Source of the DNA: Eledone cirrhosa
Taxonomy: Eukaryota
DNA length: 64,000 nt
Assembly (NCBI GenBank): GCA_964016885.1
Contig: CAXHJY010000497.1
Location: forward strand, 1 to 64,000
Reading direction: 5' to 3'
In this document: in pieces, positions 12,570 through 26,172 of the stretch
How positions within the stretch are numbered: position 1 is the first letter of the stretch
How the letters are laid out: every line of letters starts with the position of its first letter
Notes under the pieces: model-generated
The model's database searches: none
Told to the model about the DNA's origin: nothing
What the model saw: the letters and a program-made list of their open reading frames with translations, nothing else
Made by a program: the position numbers and the translations under genes

Positions 12570-14173
12570 AAACATTTATGCTTTCATATATTTTTATATC
12601 TGTATATCTGTTTGACCCGAAATGGGAGATCGAATCTTCGCTGTGTGGATAATTAGTTTAACCACCATCTCAGTGTGTTTGGCCTTTAACGTATGTTGTA
12701 AGCTCTAATTCATTTGAATTATTGAGCGCTTGCCTCACAATTCGAAAGCGTTTTTTCGTTATTTCATGGGCTGAAATTCGATTCTCGCTAATTTTTACTT
12801 GTATATATATATATATATATATATAACTTAATGTGGACAGACTTCACTGTAATCCATAATACATTTGAAAGAATACAATTACATATATCATTTCTCTCAA
12901 TCGTTAAACCGGGAAGCACTTCTTTGGGCTGACCACTTCCGTTTTGGTTCAATAGAGTAAGTTCTTTTTCTTCTTCTGCTGGTTAGTTTTGGCCGTAAAG
13001 TTATAGTTGAAAATAATTGATTATACTTATTTAAGGCTTCAGAGTCTCCCTCAACGGCAAACGAGTCGTGCTTGTATAGAAATTAGTTTTCGCGAACAGT
13101 ATGGCAACTAGTTTGGTTTATACAGTTACCTATATTGCACGAAACCATAGTGTCACAAACTAGCTTTGGCTTTGTTATATAGAAACTATGTAATATGATA
13201 GCTGCAGCCTGATAACGTCTGCCTTCTCCATTTGGTGGTTGTTGCTGTTGTTGTTGCTGTTGCCGTGTTTGGGAAGATGGGTGGTCCGCGTTTGATTTAT
13301 CGAATTTGAAGGATGAGTACGGTTTGGTTTGGAAAGAATCATGAGTACAGGTTAGCGTTCGGTTTAGTATGTTTGTTGAGTGTTTGCAATCTAATTGGAG
13401 CAATAGCGGTCTTATTTATATATATACACGACCGATCACTACATCTGATATTGACCTTTCTCATTCAGTGAGGTTATCTTTCAAATTCTGTGCTGAATAT
13501 ATATCTCTATATGTGTATGTAGATGTGTTTGTATATAACTACATGCGTAAGGTCCGTGTGTCTTATAAGCTAACATTTATTGTGTGTATAAAATTGCGTG
13601 TCTATGTGTTGGTGCCAAGTTTAAATATTTGTATACACGTGTGTGCATATATGTGTTCCTCTGTGTGTGTGTGTTTGTGAAGTTTTACTATTTTGTATAC
13701 AATAAGGTGCTTTAGATATGTGCTTTAGATATGAAGTTTTAAGTGTTTGTATATTCAATTGATCTTTTATCTAAAATGAAAATATATTTATCTGAATCTT
13801 GGAGTATATTTTATCTTCCCTTGGTACTGTTTATATTTAAGCGAGAATTGTTTTATTTGTGTACGTCTGTATATATAACAGGGGTGTACTGTATATGGCC
13901 GACGCATCATTTGTATATGCTTAGAAGTAGCTATTAGTTTCATTTTGACTAAGCTCGTGGGAATTGACTTCAACCCAGAAGTATTCAATAGAGGACTAGA
14001 GGTGTAATTGGAATGATACAGCTTTAAGTACAGAGTAAAACTGCTTCAAAATAGTTTTTTTTATGTATATCATACACTACGGTGCTCGCTATTATGTTAG
14101 TGTATTTATTGGACTCTCATACTGAAACGAAGGTCACAAAATATTTGTAAGAGATATGCATATCCGATAATTC

Positions 14174-14450
14174 GAGCCTGTGACCTGGTGGTAAGGCTGT
14201 TGGACTTACGATCATAATGTCGTAGGTTCGGTTCCTGAGCTGGGTTGCGTGTTGCGTTCTTGAACAAAACATTTCATTTCACGTTGCTCCAGTATACGCA
14301 GCTGAAAATGTGTGTCAGTAATAGTAGTGGTTAACCCTACGATGGACTGGCGTCTTCTCCGGGGGAGAGTCTTGTACTCTCAGTCGTTTCACGCCATGAA
14401 ACCGGGATTAGCACCGGCTTAATGAGACTTAAATGGCTTAAAACAGACTG
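14174..14450 (+). mobile_element. Old tRNA-derived SINE
   Basis: A-box-like TGACCTGGTGG and B-box-like GGTTCGGTTCC with tRNA spacing, followed by a SINE-type body (TTCTTGAACAAAACATTTCATTTCAC.TTGCTCCAGT...GATGGACTGGCGTC...GAAACCGGGA). Confidence 0.65.
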
Positions 14451-14578
14451 TATAGACTAGTATATCACTTGTTAATGTTATCAGCAATGTATTGATAGAA
14501 GATTTCCACAAGACTATTGAATCAGTCACGTTATACTTAATACAACGAGAAAAATATCCATTTAATATTATTCATGCT

Positions 14579-14579
<1 letters not shown>

Positions 14580-14666
<87 letters not shown>

Positions 14667-14730
14667 GTGCGTGGGTGTGTGTGTGTCTGTGTGTGTTTGT
14701 ATGTATGTGTGTGTGTGTATGTTCGTGTGT
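14580..14730. repeat. (GT)n microsatellite
   Basis: Direct reading. Confidence 0.96.
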
Positions 14731-15002
14731 GAAATTCAAGTATATGTTGTGATTGAACATGAGTGGTTTTTTGTCGTGTATGTATATCTCTATGTAACAA
14801 TATATTTGTGAAAACGTATATATATACAAGATGTAATTATGTAATATCTGACAGTATAACTTTCGAAAGATGCCTTTGTGTCTGTCCATGAATGTATATG
14901 TCTTATGTTTCTTCTTATGTTCATAAAATTTCCATAAATCAGTGCACTTGTACTGTATGCAATATGGTTTTATTATTTGAATGAGGTTGTGAGTTTCATG
15001 TG

Positions 15003-15096
<94 letters not shown>

Positions 15097-15127
15097 CATA
15101 AATATATATATATATATATATACATAA

Positions 15128-15160
<33 letters not shown>

Positions 15161-15165
15161 TATAC

Positions 15166-15223
<58 letters not shown>

Positions 15224-15262
15224 GTATGTATATATATGTATATATATATATATGTATATATG

Positions 15263-15332
<70 letters not shown>

Positions 15333-15333
15333 C

Positions 15334-15438
<105 letters not shown>

Positions 15439-15439
15439 C

Positions 15440-15494
<55 letters not shown>

Positions 15495-16112
15495 CATATA
15501 TATATACATATATACATATATATATATACATATATATACATACATATATATACATATATATATATATACATATATATATATACATATATATACACATATA
15601 TATATATATTGTTATACTTTGGGAGGGTCATGTTGCCAATAAGAAACACACGCACCAGTTGCTTTGACTTCAATTTATTATATATTTATAAATTTATAAA
15701 TTTACAAATTTACAAACCTATAAATTTCTGGTTGGTTGGTTCCACAACCAGATAGTTGTTTATATATAGTCATAGTCCTTTCGTCACACACTCTGTGACC
15801 TCTTCAGTGACTGGGGATTCCTTTCTTCGTTTCTGTGCCTTTCCTTTCTTCTATCCTACGCCATTTTGTTTCTGTGTGTGTGTTGTGTGCTCAGTTTGCG
15901 CATGCGCCACATCCGGGTGTCTGTGTGTGTTTGTGTTCATTTTTCTATTTGTTTATTTATTTATTTATTTATTTATTGTTGGTTGATTGTTTGTTCTATG
16001 TGTGTGTGTGTTTTCATTTTGTCCTGTGTGTGTTTTCATTTTGTGTGTGTTTTCATTTTGTCCTTAATTGTAAGTTGTTTGTTCTATGTGTGTGTGTGTT
16101 TTCATTTTGTCC

Positions 16113-19030
16113 TTAATTGTAAGTTATGATGTTGCTGTTCCACTCATATTTTCTATTTAATTTTGGTTTTAATTCTTTTATGCTTACTGCCTCTGTAATT
16201 TGCCTAAACATTGCGTCTTTTCTGTGTGTGGATTCTATTTTTATTTCTATGCTCTCTAATCTACCCCTGTGTTCTATCTTAGCATGTTGGTAGAGCACAG
16301 ATGATTCTTTATTATCTTGAAGGTCTCGCCAGTGTTCATTTATTCGTTCCCCTATACTACGAGCTGTCTCACCTATGTACACTATATTTTTGTTTCTACA
16401 TTGTCCTTCAGTACATCTTATGCTATACACTACATTTCTAGTTTTACAGTTAATATGGGGGGGCTTATTTTACAGGTTATACATTACTTATCTATATATG
16501 AGGGTCTTTGGAACGGGTATGTCTTGCTAATAAGTGTTTTTACGGAGGTACCAGGTCTTTCTACTATCTTAATATTGAGTTTATGTTTATTTAGGGCCCT
16601 TCTAAATTTGTAAGCTAATTCACCTCTAGGGGTTGTATCGATTACACTCTGGTATTTATTGCTATCATACCATGAGTTTATTCTATTAGCCTTGTTCCTA
16701 GTTCTTTCTATTCTATTCCAAAATTTGCTCCTATACAAGGGGCAGGTCCCATTTATGTCATTATTTACCATTTTTTTCCCATTTGGTTCTGGCTCCTCTA
16801 TACACTCTGATTTTATCTCTCTGATTGTAGCCAGAGAACTGCATACGGTGGATGAAGTGTTGTATGTGTCTCTCTAGTTCTTCCGGGTTGCACATGCGGG
16901 ACACATTTCTCATCACCCGTACCAAATCCGCAATCAGTATGTTGATTTTGGTATGGTCCGAAACGGCCGAGTTTCGGTGGATCAGATGTTTGGAAGTCAT
17001 GGGTTTGGCATAATGGGAATGGAGGATTTGTTTTTGGTTGTTAATGGTATATAACCAGAGCTCTGTGTCTAGTACAGGTAATCGATGGTTGGGGTGTTTA
17101 CTTGGGTAGTCTATAGTAACTCTAATTCTCTGGTGGATGGAGTTTGCTATTTGCTGGATGCTTTCCATTGTGTTTTTCTCTAGTTCCTGACTGTTCTCTA
17201 GTGGGGGTGTCTTAACTACGATGTTTATATCATCTACGTAGCGGGAGTACATTATCAGGGTTAAGGGGTCTTCTAATTGTTCTTTAAGTTTAAGTTTAAG
17301 TCTACTGTGCCACCATACCATGAATAAGTTAGCTATGTCGCCTGCAATGCTAACACCAATGGCTGCTCCTTCCTCTTGGGCATATGTTTTTCCATTAAAT
17401 TTGAACATATGTTCCTTAAGGGTTAGTTTTATGCTGGCCCCTACCGCATGTGAAATCATTTTCTTCAGTTCATCGTGGTTTTCGGGTGTCCGTATGGCTC
17501 TGGTCCACCCGTTCCATCTATCTGTGTGGGTTTTCTTGGCCATTGAGGTAATGGTAGGTGGTCTACCTCTTGCTGGTCTTGTAGGGCACAGGTTGCTAAG
17601 GTCATATGTGTCTAGGTAATTATTACTATAGGTAAGCTTAAGTAGGAGTCCCAGCTCACTGGTATCAATCCCACGGAACTCTACTTTGCTCTCACTGATC
17701 ATTTTTACGCATTTCTCCACAGCAAAATCCACGTCAATAGATGGATACAGGGACACAACATCCATACTGCCTATTATGCAGTTTGTTAGGTCCCCAGATC
17801 GGTTACTCACGCCGATTCTGCTGAGGAGGTCCTCCGTGCTGTCACATACATCTGGGGACATTTCAATGATGGGGCGTATGATCAGGGAGAGGAAGTAGGA
17901 CAGTCTGTAGTTACTAGCAATGTTAGCTCCACAGACTGGCCGTGTTGGTGGTCCCGCGACAGGGTCCCAGCCCGTTTTATGGTCTTTTCGAAGCCCATAC
18001 AACGCCGGCATGTCATTGTTCCAGGCCTGGAATTTGTTGGCAGTCCTTTTGTTGGGCTGCATTATATTCGTCCACATCACCATATGGGCATTGAGGGCTT
18101 TTTCTCTATCCTGATGCTCCTGTGGTGTTACCTCTCTTGTGTTAGTGATGTGGGGTTGCATTGCCTGGATGTAGTTTGGCAGGCTGTCAACCGACATTCT
18201 GCCAGACTTGTCTGTTGGAAAGCATGCTATCTCTCCATTACATGAGCGCTGCATGAGCTTACGCAAGCCATTTGCAGATTTTTCTCCCAGTTGCTGGGCC
18301 TCCATTCTATTATTCTTCTTGCTATACTGTTCTATAATATTTCTAAGTTCGGATCTAGCTATACTAAATTGTGCTTCTGTTTGTTCATCGACCTGCGACG
18401 GCAATTGCGTGCGTTTGTTAAATGGTGAAGTCGTGGCGTGGACTCGTCGCAGGTCGAATGATTTATCGGAGGGATTATAAAACGTAGAGTTCCAGGCTGC
18501 TGCTTTATGTGTACGAGTGCTATTGTTATTGTTAGTTGTGTTGTTTCTATTTCTATTTCCACCAACAGCCTCATGGTTGTTTCTATGTCTCTCACAATTA
18601 CTCCTGTCTCTTTCCACTGGCTCATTGTTCTTATCTACCCTATTTTGTGTGCCTGTGTGTTCGTCTTGGTTATTCTCTTTGTCCTTAGTCTCCCTTCTCT
18701 TTTTAATCCTATTACTTTCCCTTATTTCTGTGATTTCTGTGCTACTGTCATTACTTGTTTTCTGTGTCTGTGTGTTTGTTAGGATTGTGGTGGTGGTGAG
18801 AGGCATTGAATGTGTGTGTGTTGTTGTTGTTGATGTGTGCTGTTGTTGATGTGTGTTGTTGTTGTCTCCGTGTGTGTTATTGTTGTTGTGTGTGTTGTTA
18901 TTGTTGTTTGTGTCTACGTGTCTGTTGTTGTTGTTTCTGGGTATGTTGTAATTTTTGTTGTTGTTGGTGTGTGTGTTGTTGTTATTGTTGTTTGTGTCTG
19001 TGTGTCTGTTGTTGTTGGGATGTGTGTTGT
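16113..19030 (-). pseudogene. PLE polyprotein (low-complexity N-terminal region, RT, GIY-YIG) with frameshifts; 5'-truncated
   Basis: Motifs PTDKSG, LYGLRKDHK, RPV, SMDVVSLYPSID, QEEGAAIG, YVDD and GIY-YIG across ORFs 16761..18806, 16484..16771 and 16113..16430. The frame stays open upstream of 18806 to the junction (N/T/H-rich). Confidence 0.9.
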
Positions 19031-20119
19031 AGAGAACAGTCAGGAACTAGAGAAAAACACAATGGAAAGCATCCAGCAAATAGCAAACTCCATCCTCCAG
19101 AGCATTAGAGTTACTATAGACTACCCAAGTAAACACCCCAACCATCGATTACCTGTACTAGACACAGAGCTCTGGTTAGATACCATTAACAACAAAAAAC
19201 AAATCCTCCATTCCCTTTATGCCAAACCCATGACTTCCAAACATCTGATCCACCGAAACTCGGCCGTTTCGGACCATACCAAAATCAACATACTGATTGC
19301 GGATTTGGTACGGGTGATGAGAAATGTGTCCCGCATGTGCAACCCGGAAGAACTAGAGAGACACATATAACACTTCATCCACCGTATGCAGTTCTCTGGC
19401 TACAATCAGAGAGATAAAATTAGAGTGTATAGAGGAGCCAGAACCAAATGGGAAAAAATGATAAATAATGACATAAATGGGACCTGCCCCTTGTATAGGA
19501 GCAAATTTTGGAATAGAATAGAAAGAACTAGGAACAAGGCTAATAGAATAAACTCATGGTATGATAGCAATAAATACCAGAGTGTAATGTTCATCGATAC
19601 AACCCCTAGAGGTGAATTAGCTTACAAATTTAGAAGGGCCCTAAATAAACATAAACTCAATATTAAGATAGTAGAAAGACCAGGTACCTCATTAAAAACA
19701 CTTATTAGCAAGACATACCCTTTTCAAAGACCCTCATGTATAGATAAGAAATGTATAACCTGTAAAATAAGCCCCCATATTAACTGTAAACTAGAAATGT
19801 AGTGTATAGCATAAGATGTACTGAAGGACAATGTAGAGACAAAAATATAGTGTACATAGGTGAGACAGCTCGTAGTATAGGGGAACGAATAAATGAACAC
19901 TGGCGAGACCTCCAAGATAATAAAGAATCATCTGTGCTCTACCAACATGCTAAGATAGAACACAGGGGTAAATTAGAGAGCATAGAAATAAAAATAGAAT
20001 CCACACACAAGAAAGACGCAATGTTTAGGCAAATTACAGAGGCAGTAAGCATAAAAGAATTAAAACCAAAATTAAATAGAAAATATGAGTGGAACAGCAA
20101 CATCACAACTTACAATTAA
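19030..20119 (+). pseudogene. 3' part of the PLE ORF (late RT, GIY-YIG) with a stop near 19370 and a frameshift near 19790
   Basis: ORFs 18837..19370, 19386..19802 and 19802..20119. Confidence 0.9.
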
Positions 20120-20631
20120 GGACAAAATGAAAACACACACACACATAGAACAAACAACTTACAATTGAAAACACACACAAAATGAAAACACACACAAGAC
20201 AAAATGAAAACACACACACACATAGAACAAACAACCAACCAACAATAAATAAATAAATAAACAAACAAATAGAAAAATATAAATAGAAAAATAGAAAAAT
20301 GAACACAAACACACACAGACACCCGGATGTGGCGCATGCGCAAACTGAGCACGCAACCCACACACAAACAAAATGGCGTAGGATAGAAGAAAGGAAAGGC
20401 ACAGAAACGAAGAAAGAAATCGCCAGTCACTGAAGAAGTCACAGAGTGTGTGACGAAAGAACTATGACTATATATATATAAACAACTATCTGGTTGTGGA
20501 ACCAACCAACCAACCAACCAGAAATTTATAAATTTGTAAATTTATAAATATATAATAAATTAAATTGAAGCGAAAGCAACTGGTGCATGTGTTTCTTATT
20601 GGCAACATGACCCTCCCAAAGTATAACAATA

Positions 20632-20712
<81 letters not shown>

Positions 20713-20861
20713 TTATATATATATATATATGTATATATATATGTATACATATATATATATATATATATATACATATAGTTTAAAAAGTAATTTAAAAAAA
20801 TATATGATCATCACTACTGTGTTTTTTTTTGCAAAATGACAATAATTTTTTTTTTGTATAC

Positions 20862-20976
<115 letters not shown>

Positions 20977-20988
20977 TATATATTTATA

Positions 20989-21024
<36 letters not shown>

Positions 21025-21321
21025 CATATATATATATATGTATATATATATGTATGTATATGTATATATATATGTATATATATATGTATATATATATATG
21101 TATATATATATGTGTATATATATGTATATATATATATATGTATATATATGTGTGTATATATATGTATATATATATGTATATATTATATGTATATATATAT
21201 GTATATATATGTATATATATATATATGTATATATATATGTATATATATATGTGTATATATATGTGTATATATGTATATACATATGTATATATATATGTGT
21301 ATATATATGTATATATATATC

Positions 21322-21370
<49 letters not shown>

Positions 21371-21817
21371 GTATATATATATGTATATATATGTATATAT
21401 ATATATGTATATATGTATATATATGTATATATATATATGTATATATATATATATGTATATATATATGTATATATATATGTATATATATGTATATATATAT
21501 GTATATATATGTATATATATATGTATATTTATGTATATATATATATGTATATGTATATATATATGTATATATATATGTATATATATGTATATATACATGT
21601 ATATGTATATATATATGTATATATATATATGTATATATATATGTATATATATGTATATATATATGTATATATATATGTATATATATGTATATATGAATAT
21701 AGACATAGAATATTCGAAAATATTCTGTATGTTTATAATAAACATTTTGAAGACCTAATCGCTATAGAATAGAATACGTCACGTATTACAATTAGATTCT
21801 CGATAAAAGCAAGGGAA

Positions 21818-21860
21818 GTAATCTACGCGTTTCATTCTTGTTAGAAATCATCAGGACTAC
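21818..21860 (-). ncRNA. Minimal type I hammerhead, family 2 (5 copies on the - strand, every 310 bp to 23058-23100)
   Basis: Reverse complement of the motif at 23347-23389. Confidence 0.9.
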
Positions 21861-23346
21861 ATATCCAGTGCTTTTATCGAGAATGACACAGCTAGAGACT
21901 TATAGAATACTTAGCTGTGTACAGGAACTGGTTTGAAAGAGCGGTTGCCGGTCCGGCAGAAATTAGAAATTGGAATAAATGCTCTGAAATAGCGATATAT
22001 ATGTGAATATAGACATAGAATATTCGAAAATATTCTGTATGTTTATAATAAACATTTTGAAGACCTAATCGCTATAGAATAGAATACGTCACGTATTACA
22101 ATTAGATTCTCGATAAAAGCAAGGGAAGTAATCTACGCGTTTCATTCTTGTTAGAAATCATCAGGACTACATATCCAGTGCTTTTATCGAGAATGACACA
22201 GCTAGAGACTTATAGAATACTTAGCTGTGTACAGGAACTGGTTTGAAAGAGCGGTTGCCGGTCCGGCAGAAATTAGAAATTGGAATAAATGCTCTGAAAT
22301 AGCGATATATATGTGAATATAGACATAGAATATTCGAAAATATTCTGTATGTTTATAATAAACATTTTGAAGACCTAATCGCTATAGAATAGAATACGTC
22401 ACGTATTACAATTAGATTCTCGATAAAAGCAAGGGAAGTAATCTACGCGTTTCATTCTTGTTAGAAATCATCAGGACTACATATCCAGTGCTTTTATCGA
22501 GAATGACACAGCTAGAGACTTATAGAATACTTAGCTGTGTACAGGAACTGGTTTGAAAGAGCGGTTGCCGGTCCGGCAGAAATTAGAAATTGGAATAAAT
22601 GCTCTGAAATAGCGATATATATGTGAATATAGACATAGAATATTCGAAAATATTCTGTATGTTTATAATAAACATTTTGAAGACCTAATCGCTATAGAAT
22701 AGAATACGTCACGTATTACAATTAGATTCTCGATAAAAGCAAGGGAAGTAATCTACGCGTTTCATTCTTGTTAGAAATCATCAGGACTACATATCCAGTG
22801 CTTTTATCGAGAATGACACAGCTAGAGACTTATAGAATACTTAGCTGTGTACAGGAACTGGTTTGAAAGAGCGGTTGCCGGTCCGGCAGAAATTAGAAAT
22901 TGGAATAAATGCTCTGAAATAGCGATATATATGTGAATATAGACATAGAATATTCGAAAATATTCTGTATGTTTATAATAAACATTTTGAAGACCTAATC
23001 GCTATAGAATAGAATACGTCACGTATTACAATTAGATTCTCGATAAAAGCAAGGGAAGTAATCTACGCGTTTCATTCTTGTTAGAAATCATCAGGACTAC
23101 ATATCCAGTGCTTTTATCGAGAATGACACAGCTAGAGACTTATAGAATACTTAGCTGTGTACAGGAACTGGTTTGAAAGAGCGGTTGCCGGTCCGGCAGA
23201 AATTAGAAATTGGAATAAATGCTCTGAAATATTCCAATTTCTAATTTCTGCCGGACCGGCAACCGCTCTTTCAAACCAGTTCCTGTACACAGCTAAGTAT
23301 TCTATAAGTCTCTAGCTGTGTCATTCTCGATAAAAGCACTGGATAT

Positions 23347-23389
23347 GTAGTCCTGATGATTTCTAACAAGAATGAAACGCGTAGATTAC
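23347..23389 (+). ncRNA. Minimal type I hammerhead, family 2 (7 copies on the + strand, every 310 bp to 25207-25249)
   Basis: GTAGTC CTGATGA TTTCT AACA AGAAT GAAA CGCG TA GATTAC, enclosed by a 16-bp outer stem ATTCTCGATAAAAGCA/TGCTTTTATCGAGAAT. Confidence 0.92.
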
Positions 23390-25543
23390 TTCCCTTGCTT
23401 TTATCGAGAATCTAATTGTAATACGTGACGTATTCTATTCTATAGCGATTAGGTCTTCAAAATGTTTATTATAAACATACAGAATATTTTCGAATATTCT
23501 ATGTCTATATTCACATATATATCGCTATTTCAGAGCATTTATTCCAATTTCTAATTTCTGCCGGACCGGCAACCGCTCTTTCAAACCAGTTCCTGTACAC
23601 AGCTAAGTATTCTATAAGTCTCTAGCTGTGTCATTCTCGACAAAAGCACTGGATATGTAGTCCTGATGATTTCTAACAAGAATGAAACGCGTAGATTACT
23701 TCCCTTGCTTTTATCGAGAATCTAATTGTAATACGTGACGTATTCTATTCTATAGCGATTAGGTCTTCAAAATGTTTATTATAAACATACAGAATATTTT
23801 CGAATATTCTATGTCTATATTCACATATATATCGCTATTTCAGAGCATTTATTCCAATTTCTAATTTCTGCCGGACCGGCAACCGCTCTTTCAAACCAGT
23901 TCCTGTACACAGCTAAGTATTCTATAAGTCTCTAGCTGTGTCATTCTCGATAAAAGCACTGGATATGTAGTCCTGATGATTTCTAACAAGAATGAAACGC
24001 GTAGATTACTTCCCTTGCTTTTATCGAGAATCTAATTGTAATACGTGACGTATTCTATTCTATAGCGATTAGGTCTTCAAAATGTTTATTATAAACATAC
24101 AGAATATTTTCGAATATTCTATGTCTATATTCACATATATATCGCTATTTCAGAGCATTTATTCCAATTTCTAATTTCTGCCGGACCGGCAACCGCTCTT
24201 TCAAACCAGTTCCTGTACACAGCTAAGTATTCTATAAGTCTCTAGCTGTGTCATTCTCGATAAAAGCACTGGATATGTAGTCCTGATGATTTCTAACAAG
24301 AATGAAACGCGTAGATTACTTCCCTTGCTTTTATCGAGAATCTAATTGTAATACGTGACGTATTCTATTCTATAGCGATTAGGTCTTCAAAATGTTTATT
24401 ATAAACATACAGAATATTTTCGAATATTCTATGTCTATATTCACATATATATCGCTATTTCAGAGCATTTATTCCAATTTCTAATTTCTGCCGGACCGGC
24501 AACCGCTCTTTCAAACCAGTTCCTGTACACAGCTAAGTATTCTATAAGTCTCTAGCTGTGTCATTCTCGATAAAAGCACTGGATATGTAGTCCTGATGAT
24601 TTCTAACAAGAATGAAACGCGTAGATTACTTCCCTTGCTTTTATCGAGAATCTAATTGTAATACGTGACGTATTCTATTCTATAGCGATTAGGTCTTCAA
24701 AATGTTTATTATAAACATACAGAATATTTTCGAATATTCTATGTCTATATTCACATATATATCGCTATTTCAGAGCATTTATTCCAATTTCTAATTTCTG
24801 CCGGACCGGCAACCGCTCTTTCAAACCAGTTCCTGTACACAGCTAAGTATTCTATAAGTCTCTAGCTGTGTCATTCTCGATAAAAGCACTGGATATGTAG
24901 TCCTGATGATTTCTAACAAGAATGAAACGCGTAGATTACTTCCCTTGCTTTTATCGAGAATCTAATTGTAATACGTGACGTATTCTATTCTATAGCGATT
25001 AGGTCTTCAAAATGTTTATTATAAACATACAGAATATTTTCGAATATTCTATGTCTATATTCACATATATATCGCTATTTCAGAGCATTTATTCCAATTT
25101 CTAATTTCTGCCGGACCGGCAACCGCTCTTTCAAACCAGTTCCTGTACACAGCTAAGTATTCTATAAGTCTCTAGCTGTGTCATTCTCGATAAAAGCACT
25201 GGATATGTAGTCCTGATGATTTCTAACAAGAATGAAACGCGTAGATTACTTCCCTTGCTTTTATCGAGAATCTAATTGTAATACGTGACGTATTCTATTC
25301 TATAGCGATTAGGTCTTCAAAATGTTTATTATAAACATACAGAATATTTTCGAATATTCTATGTCTATATTCACATATATATCGCTATTTCAGAGCATTT
25401 ATTCCAATTTCTATATGTATATATATATGTATATGTATATATATATGTATATATATGTATATATATATGTATATGTATATATATGTGTATATATATGTAT
25501 ATATATATGTATATGTATATATATATATGTATATATATATATG

Positions 25544-25592
<49 letters not shown>

Positions 25593-26172
25593 GTATATAT
25601 ATATATGTATATATATGTATATATATATGTATATATATAAATGTATATATGTATATATATATGTATATATATATGTTGTTATACTTTGGGAGGGCCATGT
25701 TGCCAATAAGAAACACACGCACCAGTTGCTTTCACTTCAATTTAATTTAATATATATTTATAAATTTACAAATTTATAAATTTCTGGTTGGTTGGTTGGT
25801 TCCACAACCAGATAGTTGTTTATATATATATAGTCATAGTTCTTTCGTCACACACTCTGTGACCTCTTCAGTGACTGGGGATTTCTTTCTTCGTTTCTGT
25901 GCCTTTCCTTTCTTCTATCCTACGCCATTTTGTTTGTGTGTGGGTTGCGTGCTCAGTTTGCGCATGCGCCACATCCGGGTGTCTGTGTGTGTTTGTGTTC
26001 ATTTTTCTATTTTTCTATTTATATTTGTTTGTTTATTTATTTATTTATTGTTGGTTGGTTGTTTGTTCTATGTGTGTGTGTGTTTTCATTTTGTCTTGTG
26101 TGTGTTTTCATTTTGTGTGTGTTTTCAATTGTAAGTTGTTTATATATGTGTGTGTGTGTTTTCATTTTGTCC

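Larger units (their letters stand above)
15608..20630. mobile_element. Penelope-like element, copy 2: long - arm (15608-19030) fused 5'-to-5' to a shorter + arm (19030-20630)
   Basis: Both arms end in the same terminal sequence (..CCCAAAGTATAACAAT) joined to (TA)n; RT and GIY-YIG coding sequence is present on both arms. Confidence 0.93.
21695..25412. mobile_element. Retrozyme-like tandem array, family 2 (310-bp unit, ~12 copies, one HHR per unit); inversion at 23230/23231
   Basis: AGACATAGAA at 21701, 22011, 22321, 22631 and 22941; ATTCCAATTT at 23231 + 310n up to 25401. Units are essentially identical (one variant seen, at 23641). Confidence 0.9.

Noticed and set aside
14174-14245. tRNA gene
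   Set aside because: The A/B boxes are degenerate, there is no complete cloverleaf, and a SINE body follows.
18806-19370. Cys/Val-rich plus-strand ORFs as a separate gene
   Set aside because: They are the antisense of the PLE low-complexity region read through the inversion junction.
21695-25412. CRISPR array or ordinary satellite
   Set aside because: Whole units are identical with no unique spacers, there are no cas genes and the context is eukaryotic. The HHR and two-arm structure fit a retrozyme better.
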